Positions 17,600 to 28,188 of a stretch of DNA of 64,000 bases are shown here, one piece after another. The DNA comes from Nitrospirota bacterium. GTDB lineage: Bacteria; Nitrospirota; JACRHJ01. The notes under the pieces are model-generated. The model was not told where the DNA came from. It was given only the letters and a program-made list of their open reading frames with translations, and did no database searches. The translations under genes were made by a program, and so were the position numbers. Location: assembly GCA_963845245.1 (NCBI GenBank), contig CAWJRJ010000017.1, positions 1 through 64,000 of the forward strand, given 5' to 3'. Each line of letters begins with the position of its first letter. Positions within the stretch are counted from its first letter, which is position 1.

Positions 17600-17749
17600 A
17601 TGAAAAGTTATCTTCTCAGGGATTTACCAGACGAACTATTGAAGGCCATTAAGCTGAAGGCGGTCGAGAAGGACATGACAATGAAAGATTTGATAATCAG
17701 CTACCTTGAGGAAGGCTTGAAGAGGGAGGCGAAGCATGGCAAAGTCTAA
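17600..17749 (+). CDS. Small ribbon-helix-helix (Arc/ParG-like) regulator, absent from the ORF track
   Basis: GGGAGG RBS; MKSYLLRDLPDELLKAIKLKAVEKDMTMKDLIISYLEEGLKREAKHGKV; overlaps the integrase start. Confidence 0.7.
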   Translation: MKSYLLRDLPDELLKAIKLKAVEKDMTMKDLIISYLEEGLKREAKHGKV

Positions 17750-18887
17750 GGGCATATTCAAGAGGCTTGGAAGCCCCTACTGGTGGATTACCTATATCGG
17801 GGCGGATGGAAAGCGTAAAAGGGAAAGCGCAAAGACTGAGTTAAAGACTGAGGCCGAATACCTCCTGTCCTGCAAGCGCAAGTCGGCTATGGAGGGAATT
17901 TTACCCCCAACCCCCAAGATGCAACGGGATAAGAAACAGCAGGAAGAAGCGGCTCGCAAGACGTTCTCAGACCTTAAAGCTGAATATCTTGCATGGGCGA
18001 TCCGGCAGAAGGCATACAAGAGCAAGAAGAACCGTGTAGAAATGCTATACAAGGATTTTGGGGATATACATCTAGATTCGTTCACTACAATACTTATTGA
18101 CCAGTATCTGACAGGCAAGCTTAAGGAAGGAAGTAGGCCACAAAAGGACGGGAAACCCGCCAAAGGAAACAAACCCGCCACAATCAACCGTATTCTTGCC
18201 ACGCTCAAGCACATGTTTACAAAGGCCGTGGAGTGGGATATGGTTTCGGATACGGCATTGAAGCACGTCCGCCGTGTCAAGCTCCTACAGGAGAACAACC
18301 GCCGCCTAAGATATTTAAACCAAGACGAGTGTACGGCCCTTATCAATGCCTGTGTGCCTTATCTTAAGCCAATTGTGATAACCGCTATACATACCGGAAT
18401 GAGAAAAAGTGAGATTCACAATCTCACTTGGGATATGGTGGACCTTAAACATGGGTTTATTCTCCTGGACACAAATACCAAGAACGGTGAGAGGCGCGAG
18501 ATACCAATTAGCGACACCCTCAAGGGTACCCTTGAAAACCTTGTTTTGAACAACGTAGAGGGTTACAGGCACGTTTTCCATGATAAAGATGGAAAACCCT
18601 ACAAGGAACTAAGGCGGACGTTCTATGCGGCTTGTAAGGCGGTGGGTATAATCGATTTCCACTTCCATGACCTCCGGCACACTTTTGCAAGCCACCTTGC
18701 AATGAGCGGGGCCGACCTTACCACTATGAAGGAACTATTAGGCCATAAGACGATTACCATGACCCTCAGGTATGCTCACCTTGCACCCTCTCACAAGGTG
18801 AACGCAATCCACCTTCTGGATGCCAGAATAAAAGATAACGGTCACAATTTAGTCACAATGGAGAATGGGGCCGAAAGTGCAGCTTAA
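17736..18887 (+). CDS. Phage-type tyrosine recombinase/integrase
   Basis: TGMRKSE, TKNG, FHDLRHTFAS, LLGH, TLRYAH catalytic motifs; next to the tRNA 3' end. Confidence 0.95.
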   Translation: MAKSKGIFKRLGSPYWWITYIGADGKRKRESAKTELKTEAEYLLSCKRKSAMEGILPPTPKMQRDKKQQEEAARKTFSDLKAEYLAWAIRQKAYKSKKNRVEMLYKDFGDIHLDSFTTILIDQYLTGKLKEGSRPQKDGKPAKGNKPATINRILATLKHMFTKAVEWDMVSDTALKHVRRVKLLQENNRRLRYLNQDECTALINACVPYLKPIVITAIHTGMRKSEIHNLTWDMVDLKHGFILLDTNTKNGERREIPISDTLKGTLENLVLNNVEGYRHVFHDKDGKPYKELRRTFYAACKAVGIIDFHFHDLRHTFASHLAMSGADLTTMKELLGHKTITMTLRYAHLAPSHKVNAIHLLDARIKDNGHNLVTMENGAESAA

Positions 18888-18917
18888 GCTGGCGACTGCT
18901 AACATATTGAAAGATAA

Positions 18918-19004
18918 TGGTGCCGGCGGCCGGAATCGAACCGGCATGCCCTTGCGGGCGGCGGATTTTGAGTCCGCTGCGTCTACCAGTTCCACCACGC
19001 CGGC
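18918..19004 (-). tRNA. tRNA-Leu(CAA)
   Basis: 87 nt; GCCGGCG acceptor stem, GCGGA-CTCAAAA-TCCGC anticodon arm, long variable arm, GGTTCGATTCC, encoded CCA. Confidence 0.97.
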
Positions 19005-19211
19005 ATCAAAGGCGGTAATAAAAGGTGAGTCCTGCGGGAAACGCGGTTTCAATATAGTATATAACCCCATTTGTAGTCAAGATTTTTCTGCCCCGGATTT
19101 TATTCCTTGCACTACCATCATTCATTTTATATAATCTAGCTTCGCAATCGAAGACGCAGGCTTTCAAATCACGGAGGGCCCGGGGCCTGAACCGGGCCGG
19201 GACTGCCTTAA

Positions 19212-19562
19212 ATGCTTACTGGATTCAACACCGACTTCAAGTATAAGGGAATTGTATACCACGTCCAGACCGAGGACAACGGAATAAACAACCCCACAAT
19301 TATAACCCTCCTCTACCAGGGCGGGGCCATACTTGCTTCCCGGAAGGTCAGCTACGCCGACATCCTCAAGTTCGAGAAGCTGGAGGTAGTGGTCAGGGAG
19401 CTGATGGAGAACCAGCACAAGCAGGTCATAAAGGACCTGATAGCCGGGAAGTTCAGCAAGGACCTCGCGCCGGACAAGTCGGAGCCGGATGTAAAGATAA
19501 CGAAGACCCTGGACGACGTGATACTGGATTACCTGGAAAAAGAAGACGAGCCGCAAAAATAA
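19212..19562 (+). CDS. Conserved hypothetical protein
   Basis: GFNTDFKYKGIVYHVQTED motif; coding-like codon usage. Confidence 0.75.
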   Translation: MLTGFNTDFKYKGIVYHVQTEDNGINNPTIITLLYQGGAILASRKVSYADILKFEKLEVVVRELMENQHKQVIKDLIAGKFSKDLAPDKSEPDVKITKTLDDVILDYLEKEDEPQK

Positions 19563-19583
19563 AGAAGCAAGGGAGAGACCGAA

Positions 19584-20417
19584 TTGGGATTAAGCGTTGA
19601 GGAACTCAAAGAGTTGTACAGCATGTCCTGCCGCATCAGGACCGATATCGTCGAGATGCTGAACAAGGCGAACTCCGGACACACCGGGGGCTCGCTTTCG
19701 GCAGCAGATATCGTTACCGCGCTCTACTTTCACAAGATGAAGCACAACCCGAAGGAGCCGAAGTGGGAGGACAGGGACCGCTTTATCCTGTCCAAAGGCC
19801 ATGCCGCCCCGGTGTTGTACGCCGCTCTTGCGCGCGCGGGCTACTTCCCCACCGAAGAGCTCGACACGCTTCGACAGCTTGGGAGCCGCCTTCAGGGCCA
19901 CCCTGATTCAAAGAAGCTGCCGGGCGTCGAGATATCCACCGGCTCACTGGGACAGGGCCTCTCGGTGGCATGCGGCGCGGCGCTGGGCGCGAAGCTCGAC
20001 AAGAAGGGCTACCGCATATATGCCCTGCTGGGCGACGGCGAACTTCAGGAAGGCCAGATATGGGAGGCGGCTATGACTGCCGCGCACTACAGGCTGGATA
20101 ACCTGACGGCCATCGTCGACAACAACGGGCTCCAGATAGACGGCCCGACCGCTTCCGTGATGTGCGTAGACCCGATACCGGACAAGTTCCGCTCATTCGG
20201 CTGGGACGTCTATGAGATCGACGGCCACGACATCGAGGCAATAGTCGATACGCTTGACCGCGCATCGCACCACAAGGGTAGGCCTACCGTCATCGTCGCA
20301 AAGACGATAAAGGGCAAGGGCTGCAGCCTGTTCGAGGGCAAGGTGGAGTACCACGGGACGCCGCCGTCTGACGAAGAGCTTAAGGTAGCGCTCGCCGAAA
20401 TTAGCGGGACAATATAA
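19584..20417 (+). CDS. Transketolase N-terminal (TPP-binding) subunit
   Basis: SGHTGGSLS, LSKGHAAP, TGSLGQG, GDGELQEG. Confidence 0.93.
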   Translation: MGLSVEELKELYSMSCRIRTDIVEMLNKANSGHTGGSLSAADIVTALYFHKMKHNPKEPKWEDRDRFILSKGHAAPVLYAALARAGYFPTEELDTLRQLGSRLQGHPDSKKLPGVEISTGSLGQGLSVACGAALGAKLDKKGYRIYALLGDGELQEGQIWEAAMTAAHYRLDNLTAIVDNNGLQIDGPTASVMCVDPIPDKFRSFGWDVYEIDGHDIEAIVDTLDRASHHKGRPTVIVAKTIKGKGCSLFEGKVEYHGTPPSDEELKVALAEISGTI

Positions 20418-20433
20418 AAGGAGGACGTTTAAA

Positions 20434-21387
20434 TTGAGTAATAAAGTTGCCACCAGGGAGGCTTATGGTAAGGCGCTGCTGGAGCTGGGCAAGATAAACC
20501 CGGCAGTCGTCGCCCTGGATGCGGACCTTTCAGGCTCCACGAAGACAAAAGTCTTCGGCAAGGAGTTCCCGGAACGTTTCTTTAATATAGGCATCGCGGA
20601 GCAGAACATGATGGGCGTCGCGGCGGGCCTGGCCATATCAGGCAAGATACCGTTTGCCAGCACTTTCGCGGTGTTTGCCACCGGGCGCGCCTGGGAGCAG
20701 ATACGCCAGTCGATATGCTACCCCCACTTGAACGTCAAGGTCGTCGCATCCCACGCGGGCATCACGGTGGGCGAGGACGGCGGTTCGCACCAGTCTGTGG
20801 AGGACATTGCCATAATGAGGGCGCTGCCCGGTATGACTGTCATAGTCCCGGCGGACGGAGTCGAGACCCGCAAGGCTATCCTGGCTATGGGCGAGCACAA
20901 GGGCCCGGCCTATGTTCGGGTAGGGCGTGCAAAGACCGAGGTCGTCCACGACGACGCGTATGAGTTCAAGGTGGGCAAGGCTCATGTGTTCAAGAAGGGC
21001 AAGGACGCGACTGTAATCGCATGCGGGCTTATGGTGCCGATGGCCATCCACGCGGCAGAAGAGCTTGCCGCAGAGGGGCTGGACGTGGGCGTGATAAACA
21101 TGGCCACGATAAAGCCGCTTGATGTCGAGGCGGTGCTTAATGCCGCACGTGAATCCGGCGCGATAGTGACCGCTGAAGAGCATTCTGTGATAGGCGGCTT
21201 GGGCGGCGCGGTATGCGAGGCGCTGTCTGAATATATGCCGGTGCCTGTGAAGAGGGTCGGGGTGATGGATACGTTCGGCAGTTCCGGCCAGCCGGACGAG
21301 CTGCTGAAGCATTACGGCCTCACAACCGATGCTATAAAAGCCGCGGTGAAAAATGTTGCCGCAAGGAAGCTGGCTGTCACCGTCTGA
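20434..21387 (+). CDS. Transketolase C-terminal subunit
   Basis: DADLSGST, GIAEQNM, GEDGGSHQ, EEHSVIGGLG. Confidence 0.93.
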   Translation: MSNKVATREAYGKALLELGKINPAVVALDADLSGSTKTKVFGKEFPERFFNIGIAEQNMMGVAAGLAISGKIPFASTFAVFATGRAWEQIRQSICYPHLNVKVVASHAGITVGEDGGSHQSVEDIAIMRALPGMTVIVPADGVETRKAILAMGEHKGPAYVRVGRAKTEVVHDDAYEFKVGKAHVFKKGKDATVIACGLMVPMAIHAAEELAAEGLDVGVINMATIKPLDVEAVLNAARESGAIVTAEEHSVIGGLGGAVCEALSEYMPVPVKRVGVMDTFGSSGQPDELLKHYGLTTDAIKAAVKNVAARKLAVTV

Positions 21388-21396
21388 GGGCTGCCG

Positions 21397-22047
21397 ATGA
21401 TCCAGTTCTTCCATGTCTCCAAGACCTACGACAGGCAGCCTGCCATCAAGGATGTTTCCTTCCGTGTAAAAAAAGGCGAATTCGTTTATCTTACCGGCCC
21501 CTCAGGGGCCGGTAAGTCTACTATAATGCGGTTGATGCTCTGCGCCGACGAGCCGGACGAGGGCCAGATACTTATCAACGGCCGCAACATCGCACGCCTC
21601 AAACAAAAAGACATACCGCAGCTTCGGCGCGGGATGGGCATCATCTTCCAGGACTCAAGGCTTATCGAGCGAAAAACTGTATACGAGAACGTCGCCCTGC
21701 CGCTTCGCATAATGGGCGCGTCCGAGGACAGCATCCGCAAGAAGACCACCTCTATACTCAAATCCATCGGCATATACAACAAGAAGGACAAGTACCCGGT
21801 GCAGCTCTCGGGTGGGGAGCAGCAGAGGACGGCCATCGCGCGCGCGCTGGTGAAGGAGCCGCTTATACTCCTCGCGGACGAGCCGACCGGCAACCTCGAC
21901 TGGGAGGTGTCACAGTACATCATGGACCTTATGAAGGACATCCACGCCCAAGGCACCACGATAATCTTCGCGACGCATAACATGGAACTTATGAAGACCC
22001 TGCCGAAGCGGGTTATAGAGATCGAAGCTGGAAGGGTGAAGGAATAA
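21397..22047 (+). CDS. ftsE: Cell division ATPase FtsE
   Basis: GPSGAGKST, IFQD, LSGGEQQR, LADEPTGNLD; ftsX nearby. Confidence 0.85.
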   Translation: MIQFFHVSKTYDRQPAIKDVSFRVKKGEFVYLTGPSGAGKSTIMRLMLCADEPDEGQILINGRNIARLKQKDIPQLRRGMGIIFQDSRLIERKTVYENVALPLRIMGASEDSIRKKTTSILKSIGIYNKKDKYPVQLSGGEQQRTAIARALVKEPLILLADEPTGNLDWEVSQYIMDLMKDIHAQGTTIIFATHNMELMKTLPKRVIEIEAGRVKE

Positions 22048-22439
22048 TGATGGTCGAATTTACAGAAATAAAGTTATTCTGCAACCAGGTTGAGAAGTTG
22101 TTTCAGCCGGTAAAGATAATACTCTACGGGTCGTACGCCACCGGACACCAGACAAAGGATTCGGACGTAGACATCCTTATAGTCGTGCCCAGTAACGGCA
22201 CTGCCACTTTCAAGGCGGCAGACATACTTAAAGCAGTCACCCCGAAATTCAAGATAGACCTGTTGGTCATTACTCCCAGGCAGCTAAAAGACAGGCTGGA
22301 AAAGAATGACTACCTGACCCGGGATATCATGACTAAAGGCAAAATCATCTATGATGCCGCGGGAAAAGGAAAGAGTAAGAAAAGGCTGAGGCGGATACGC
22401 AAGCACGCAACAGGAAATGAGAGCGTGAGACTTAAATGA
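22047..22439 (+). CDS. Minimal nucleotidyltransferase (MNT) domain protein
   Basis: LYGSYATG...DSDVDIL motif. Confidence 0.8.
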   Translation: MMVEFTEIKLFCNQVEKLFQPVKIILYGSYATGHQTKDSDVDILIVVPSNGTATFKAADILKAVTPKFKIDLLVITPRQLKDRLEKNDYLTRDIMTKGKIIYDAAGKGKSKKRLRRIRKHATGNESVRLK

Positions 22440-23506
22440 AACGCACCATAAAGAAACGCTCCGCGAAGGCAGGGCTTCCGCCGGGTACGCCGGTACACAT
22501 CGGCGAGACTACCGGCGGCAAGACCCGCATCGAGATAACCCATTACGGCGAGGGCGGCTATTCCCATAAGGCGTGCCATTCCATACACGAATGTCCGCTT
22601 ATAAAGGATGCGCCGGGCATAACATGGATAAACGTGGACGGCGTGCACGACATGTCCGTGCTTGAGAAGCTCGGGGGCTGCTTCGGCCTGCACCCGCTGG
22701 TGCTTGAGGATATTGCGAACACCGACCAGCGCCCGAAGTTCGAGGACTACGGCGACTACATATATATTGTACAGAAAATGCTAAGCGCTCCAGATAAGGA
22801 TGGAGACATTCTTGCCGAGCAGTGCAGCATCATACTCGGGCCGAACTATGTTTTATCGTTTCAGGAGGAAGGCAAGGACGGCGATGTGTTCGGGCCGATA
22901 CGAGAGCGCATAAAGAACGCAAAGGGCCGGATAACCGAGATGGGCGCCGACTACCTTGCGTACTCGCTCATTGACGCGGTGGTGGACAGCTACTTCCTGA
23001 TTCTGGAGAACGTTGGCGAGAGGATAGAGGACCAGGAGGACGAACTGGTCGCAAGGCCCGACCCGGACACACTGCGCTCGATACACCACCTGAAGCGGGA
23101 CATGATATTCCTGCGGCGCTCGGTCTGGCCGTTGCGCGAGGTGATCAGTGCATTTGACAGGGCCGAGACGCCGCTCGTGCGCGAGCAGACGCGGTTGTAT
23201 CTGCGCGACGTGTACGACCACACGATACAGGTGATAGACACCATCGAGACGTACCGCGACATGCTGTCCGGGATGCTGGACATATACCTTTCGAGCGTGA
23301 GCAACAGGATGAACGAGGTTATGAAGGTGCTGACGATCATCGCGACCATCTTCATACCATTGACATTCCTTGCGGGCGTATACGGCATGAACTTCAAGTT
23401 CCTGCCGGAGCTCGAATGGCACCTGGGCTATCTGTACTTCTGGATAATCTGCCTTGCATCCGTCATAGGCATGTTCATCTTCTTCAGACGGAAGAAGTGG
23501 CTTTAG
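22436..23506 (+). CDS. corA: Mg/Co transporter CorA
   Basis: GLPPGT, HPLVLEDI, QRPK, YGMNF signature. Confidence 0.95.
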   Translation: MKRTIKKRSAKAGLPPGTPVHIGETTGGKTRIEITHYGEGGYSHKACHSIHECPLIKDAPGITWINVDGVHDMSVLEKLGGCFGLHPLVLEDIANTDQRPKFEDYGDYIYIVQKMLSAPDKDGDILAEQCSIILGPNYVLSFQEEGKDGDVFGPIRERIKNAKGRITEMGADYLAYSLIDAVVDSYFLILENVGERIEDQEDELVARPDPDTLRSIHHLKRDMIFLRRSVWPLREVISAFDRAETPLVREQTRLYLRDVYDHTIQVIDTIETYRDMLSGMLDIYLSSVSNRMNEVMKVLTIIATIFIPLTFLAGVYGMNFKFLPELEWHLGYLYFWIICLASVIGMFIFFRRKKWL

Positions 23507-23519
23507 AAAGGGACACGAG

Positions 23520-24390
23520 TTGTCTGATTATTCATACTTCGCAAAAGCGGCATTCAGGAACCTGTGGGAGAGCAAGGTGACCAGCCTGTTCACGGCCGTC
23601 ACCCTTTCGGTCGCCCTGGGCTTCATGGGCGCGTACCTCGCCGTGTTCATAAATCTGAACGCGGCGTTGAGCGCGGTAAACGAGAAGTTCCCGCTCACCC
23701 TGTACATTACAGACAGCGCAAGCGTGGCGATGCTCGATGCCATAAAAGCAAAGCTCAAGTCAGACCACGCCGTGGCAGGGTTCGAGTATATATCGAAGGA
23801 ACAGGCGCTGAAGGAGTTCAAGGAGTCGGCAAAGGGCGAGGCCCCGCTTCTGGACAGCCTGGGCAGCAACCCACTGCCCGCATCGCTCGACATTAGTCTG
23901 AAGGCCGAGTCCGGGACCCGTGCCCACACAGAAGTTGGTGGCAGACCTGAGGAAGATGCCGGGCGTGGAGGAGGTTCAATACCTGCAGGAGGAGGCCGGG
24001 AAACTCAAGTCGATGCTATCCTCGTTCAAGTATGCAGGCATGCTGCTGGGACTGGGCGTGCTGCTTGGCGTCGTGTTCATAAGCTACAGCACCCTGCGGC
24101 TTGCGGTCCTGCGGCACGCGGAGGAGATAGAGGTATACAAGATACTTGGGTCCACGCGCATGTTCATTATGGGGCCGTTCCTGTTTGAGGGCTTGTTCCA
24201 GGGGCTTATCGCGGCGTCACTGTCGCTTGCCATTTTGTATGGCCTGCTGCGCGTGTTGTCCGGCGGGCTGGTGATGCTGCCGATGGTGTCGTTCCTGCCG
24301 CTGTGGGCGTGCGCGGGCATGCTTGCGGCGGGGGGGCTGCTCGGGCTTACGGGGAGTTTTTTCGCGTTCTTCAGGACGCTTCGGTTTTAG
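23520..24390 (+). CDS. ftsX: Cell division permease FtsX (frameshift near 23920)
   Basis: SKEQALKEF, NPLPAS, then EIEVYKILGS...GPFLFEG in the next frame. Confidence 0.85.
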
Positions 24391-24422
24391 CAATCATAAA
24401 TCAAGAAAGAGGAAAGCAGACA

Positions 24423-24638
24423 ATGAAAGAGCTTGCAAAGGCAAGGTGCCCGAAGTGCGGCCAGGAAGACCAGGTAATACCCATAATATACAGCTGCTCG
24501 CGGTCAGACTATGAGATGTACAGCGCCCTGGAGAAAGAAAAGAAGGTCCTGATGGCCGGGTGCGTACTGTCCGTCGAGACGCCTAAGTTCTACTGCAAAC
24601 GCTGCAAGTACAACATCTGGGCTGAAGAGCTGAAATAA
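24423..24638 (+). CDS. Small CxxC zinc-binding protein
   Basis: CPKC...IPIIY...GC...YCKRC; AGAGG RBS. Confidence 0.65.
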   Translation: MKELAKARCPKCGQEDQVIPIIYSCSRSDYEMYSALEKEKKVLMAGCVLSVETPKFYCKRCKYNIWAEELK

Positions 24639-24801
24639 CCGGCACCCTGCGGGAAGGAGGTAATATTATTCTCAAGCCATCAAAAAGATTCGAGGTCAGT
24701 AAGTAGCCTTTGAACGATGATGCCCGTACAAAGCCAACTTACTGAATACCTCTCACATTGACGACTTTCGAATAACAATACCTCCTTCAGACTTAAGACC
24801 A

Positions 24802-25558
24802 ATGACTAAAACATTAATACCTAGTACTGCTGGCATTAACCTTAACTGCTTGTGCTCATGCTCATGCGCCTGCGCCGGTACCGTCCCCACCTCCACCGTC
24901 TACAGAAAAGGCGTATGCTCCGCCTAAATTCAAGGTCGACCGGAACGGGATGCCCCTGACGGACAAGGGTCCGCCGCCCCCGACTCCACCTGCAGGAGAG
25001 CCATATAAAGCCATTGCGTCATGGTATGGCCCGGGTTTCCAGGGCAGGCGCACCGCCTGCGGCGAGGTGTTCGACCAGGACGGCCTGACCGCCGCGCACC
25101 GGACCTACCCGTTCGGCACTAGATTACGTCTGACGAACCCAAAGTCCAACCTGTCGTGCGAGGTTGTGGTTAACGACCGCGGGCCGTTCGTTGCGGGGGT
25201 GGACATAGACATATCACGCGGCGCGTCCAGGGCGATAAGGCGGCTGGACACCGGCCCGGTGATAATCGAAGAGCTTGGCCGTGACATGAAGTACGTGAAG
25301 GAAGTGCACGCCGGGAAGATGAGCGGCAGCGGTTATTACCGGGTACAGGTGGGCTCATTCACCGACCCTGCCAACGCGGAGCACCTGAAACAGGGTCTTG
25401 AGCTAGGTTACAAGGACGTCAGGATATCAGTGGCAGTTGTCAGAGGGGTAACGTACAACAGGGTGCAGGTGGGGCAGGGTACCGGCAGGAATTCGGCATA
25501 CGGCCTTGCAAAGAGGCTCGCCGACGAGGGTTACGAGACCTGGGTAACAAGGGATTGA
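24802..25558 (+). CDS. rlpA: RlpA-family lipoprotein with SPOR domain (N-terminal frameshift)
   Basis: Lipobox LTAC in frame with ASWYG, TAAHRT, VNDRGPF; C-terminal VQVGSF SPOR domain. Confidence 0.85.
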
Positions 25559-25644
25559 GCCGTTATTTCGTTGACATAAAAGCCTGTTATATGTTATTAG
25601 TCTAGTTTGGTTTTGTATTTCTTAACAAGAGGTTAGAGGCCGTC

Positions 25645-27304
25645 ATGGCACTTGTGAACTACGCCACGCGTGAGATAAACGCAAAAATTGTCTATTACGG
25701 CCCAGGTCTTTCGGGCAAGACCACGAACATCCATTATGTGTTCAACAAGGTCAAGCCGAAGAACAAGGGTAAGCTCATCTCCCTGGCCACGCAAGGGGAC
25801 AGGACCCTCTTTTTCGATTTCCTGCCCGTGGAACTCGGCTCCGTCAAGGGTTTCAAGACCAGGTTCCACCTCTACACTGTGCCCGGCCAGGTGTTCTACA
25901 ACTCCACAAGGAAGCTTGTCCTTAAAGGCGCGGACGGCGTCGTGTTCGTCGCCGACTCACAGAAGATGATGATGGACGAGAACATCCAGTCCCTTGAGAA
26001 CCTTCGGGCGAACCTTGCGGACATGGGGATAGATTTCAAAGAGTTCCCTATAATACTACAGTACAACAAGATGGACCTGCCGAACGCGTCCTCCGTGGAG
26101 GAGATGGAGGAGTACTTAAACCCGGCGGGACGCCCATACTTTGCAGCATCGGCCATCAAGGGAGAGGGTGTGCTGGTTGCGCTTACCGCCGTTGTGAAGA
26201 ACATCCTGCACAACCTGAAACAGGACCAGGCCGGCGACTTCGAAGGGTTCCATGAAGACGGCGAACCTATAGAGCACGAGAAAGAAGATACCGTCTCGAT
26301 AAAGATGAACGAGCCTGTCCCAGCCTTCATGGATATAAAGGCCGACTCGCAGCCCTCGATACCGACCGTCCCTTCGATGGCCATCCTGCATCCGGTTGAA
26401 GAGCAGGAAAAAGAGCCGGAAGCCGAACTGCCGAAGGCCTTGCCGGAGGAGATCCCGGAAGCAATGCCCTTTGAAGAGGAAGAGCCACTGGAAGTGGAAC
26501 TCCATCAGGAGGAAGAGTCCCTTCATGCAGAGTTGTCAGAGGAAGCGTATAGCGAACCTGAGACACCTGTGTATCATATATCTCTTCAGCCGCTAGAGGA
26601 AACCTCTGATGTAGCCTTCCCTCTGCTTGAGCTGGCCGAAGATGAACAGCCGGGCGAGAACGTCGACGATGGGTTTGAAGATTTCCTTGCGAACGTGAAG
26701 TCGCCGATGATACCCGAAGACGAGGACATATCAGGAGCGGGGCAGGAGGTCCAGGATGTTATCGAAGATATACCCGAGGTCGAAGATTTCGGAATCACCG
26801 ACTTCCATGTGGCGGAGCTTCTTGAAAAGGACGAGGAGGATGCGTCCCGGTTCAAGGAGAGCTTCCTTGGACGATACCGAGGGCCCGGCTGCTTCATCGC
26901 CCGAGGCCAAGAGGGAATTCATTGAAGCCCAGGAGGTGCATGAGGAGATACCGACTCCGGCTGCCATTAAACCGGCCCAGGACGTGTTGGTGATGGAGAG
27001 CGGGCCGAAGTCCGAGCAGTCCTTCATGATACCTGTAAGGATAACCACGGCGTCCGGAGTTAAGGAGCTTAACCTTAAGGTGAAGGTGGACATCGGTCTT
27101 CTGGGTGAAGACGTGGACCAGGTGACCAGGATAGAGGCCCTGCAGCCGGTTTCGAGGTTGCCCATCAGCCCAAGGCTGGCATCCGATCCCGTCCCCTTGT
27201 CACCAACAAACGACAGCCCGAGGCAGGCGGCCTCGCCCATGCCGAAGCCGTCCCAGAAGGAGAAGAAGACCAGCGTCTTCCACAGGTTTCTGGGTATAAA
27301 ATAA
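25645..27304 (+). CDS. MglA-like small GTPase with long acidic C-terminal extension (probable frameshift near 26860)
   Basis: GPGLSGKTT, RTLFFDF, TVPGQ, NKMD; Glu/Pro-rich tail continuing in ORF 26756..27304. Confidence 0.8.
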
Positions 27305-27343
27305 TTTTTCAGAGCAGCAAAATAAATAAACGATGGAGGAAAG

Positions 27344-28097
27344 ATGTCAGGACATTCAAAGTGGGCTACCACTAAACACAAGAAGGCCGCGGCCGACCAG
27401 AAGCGCGGGAAGATATTCACGAAGATAACCAAGGAGCTTACCGTTGCGGCGAAGCTCGGCGGCGGCGACCCGGACGGTAACGCAAGGCTTCGGTCGGCAA
27501 TTGAGAAGGCCAAGGAAGCAAACATGCCTGCGGATAACGTGAAGCGCGCCATCCAGAAGGGTACGGGCGAGCTTCCGGGCGTCAACTACGACGAGATAAC
27601 GTACGAAGGATACGGTCCCGGCGGCGTTGCGCTGCTTATCGAGTGCCTCACCGACAACAAGAACCGTTCCGTCTCGGAGATAAGGTTCATCCTCAGCAAG
27701 AACAACGGCAGCATGGGCGAGGCCGGGTGCGTCTCCTGGATGTTCACGCAGAAGGGGTTGATCGTCGTGGACAAGGAAAACGCGAACGAGGACGACCTGA
27801 TGACCATCGCGCTGGAAGCAGGAGCGGAGGACATGCTCAATGACCCGGAAGAGCCGAACTACGAGATACTCACCGCTCCTGCAGGACTTTGAGACTGTCA
27901 AGGCCGCGCTGGCTGCAAAGAAGATAAAGATGGAGGTCGCGGAGGTAACCAAGATGCCGCAGACCTACGTCAAGCTTGTCGGCAAGGAGGCCGAGCAGAT
28001 GGTACGCCTCATGGACGCGCTGGAAGACAACGACGACACCCAGAACGTCTACGCGAACTTCGACATACCGGACGATGTTATGGAGGCGATGGGCTAA
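27344..28097 (+). CDS. yebC: YebC/PmpR family regulator (frameshift near 27885)
   Basis: [28 protein letters not shown]. Confidence 0.92.
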
Positions 28098-28103
28098 GGT
28101 AAG

Positions 28104-28141
28104 CCCTCACCCCTGTGTCCCCTCTCCCGTAGGGCGAGGGG
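28104..28141. repeat. CCCTCACCC...CCCTCTCCC...GAGGG palindromic repeat, copy 1
   Basis: Same family as 28697-28745 and 42825-42864. Confidence 0.7.
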
Positions 28142-28188
28142 AATAGATATACTGCTAGTACATTGTTTTATCTGGCTCGTGAGGCTAA

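Larger units (their letters stand above)
1..18917. mobile_element. Putative tRNA-Leu-anchored genomic island (left border not identified)
   Basis: Integrase abutting the tRNA 3' end; IHF, R-M gene, duplication relics, mixed base composition; core genes resume after the tRNA. Confidence 0.55.
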
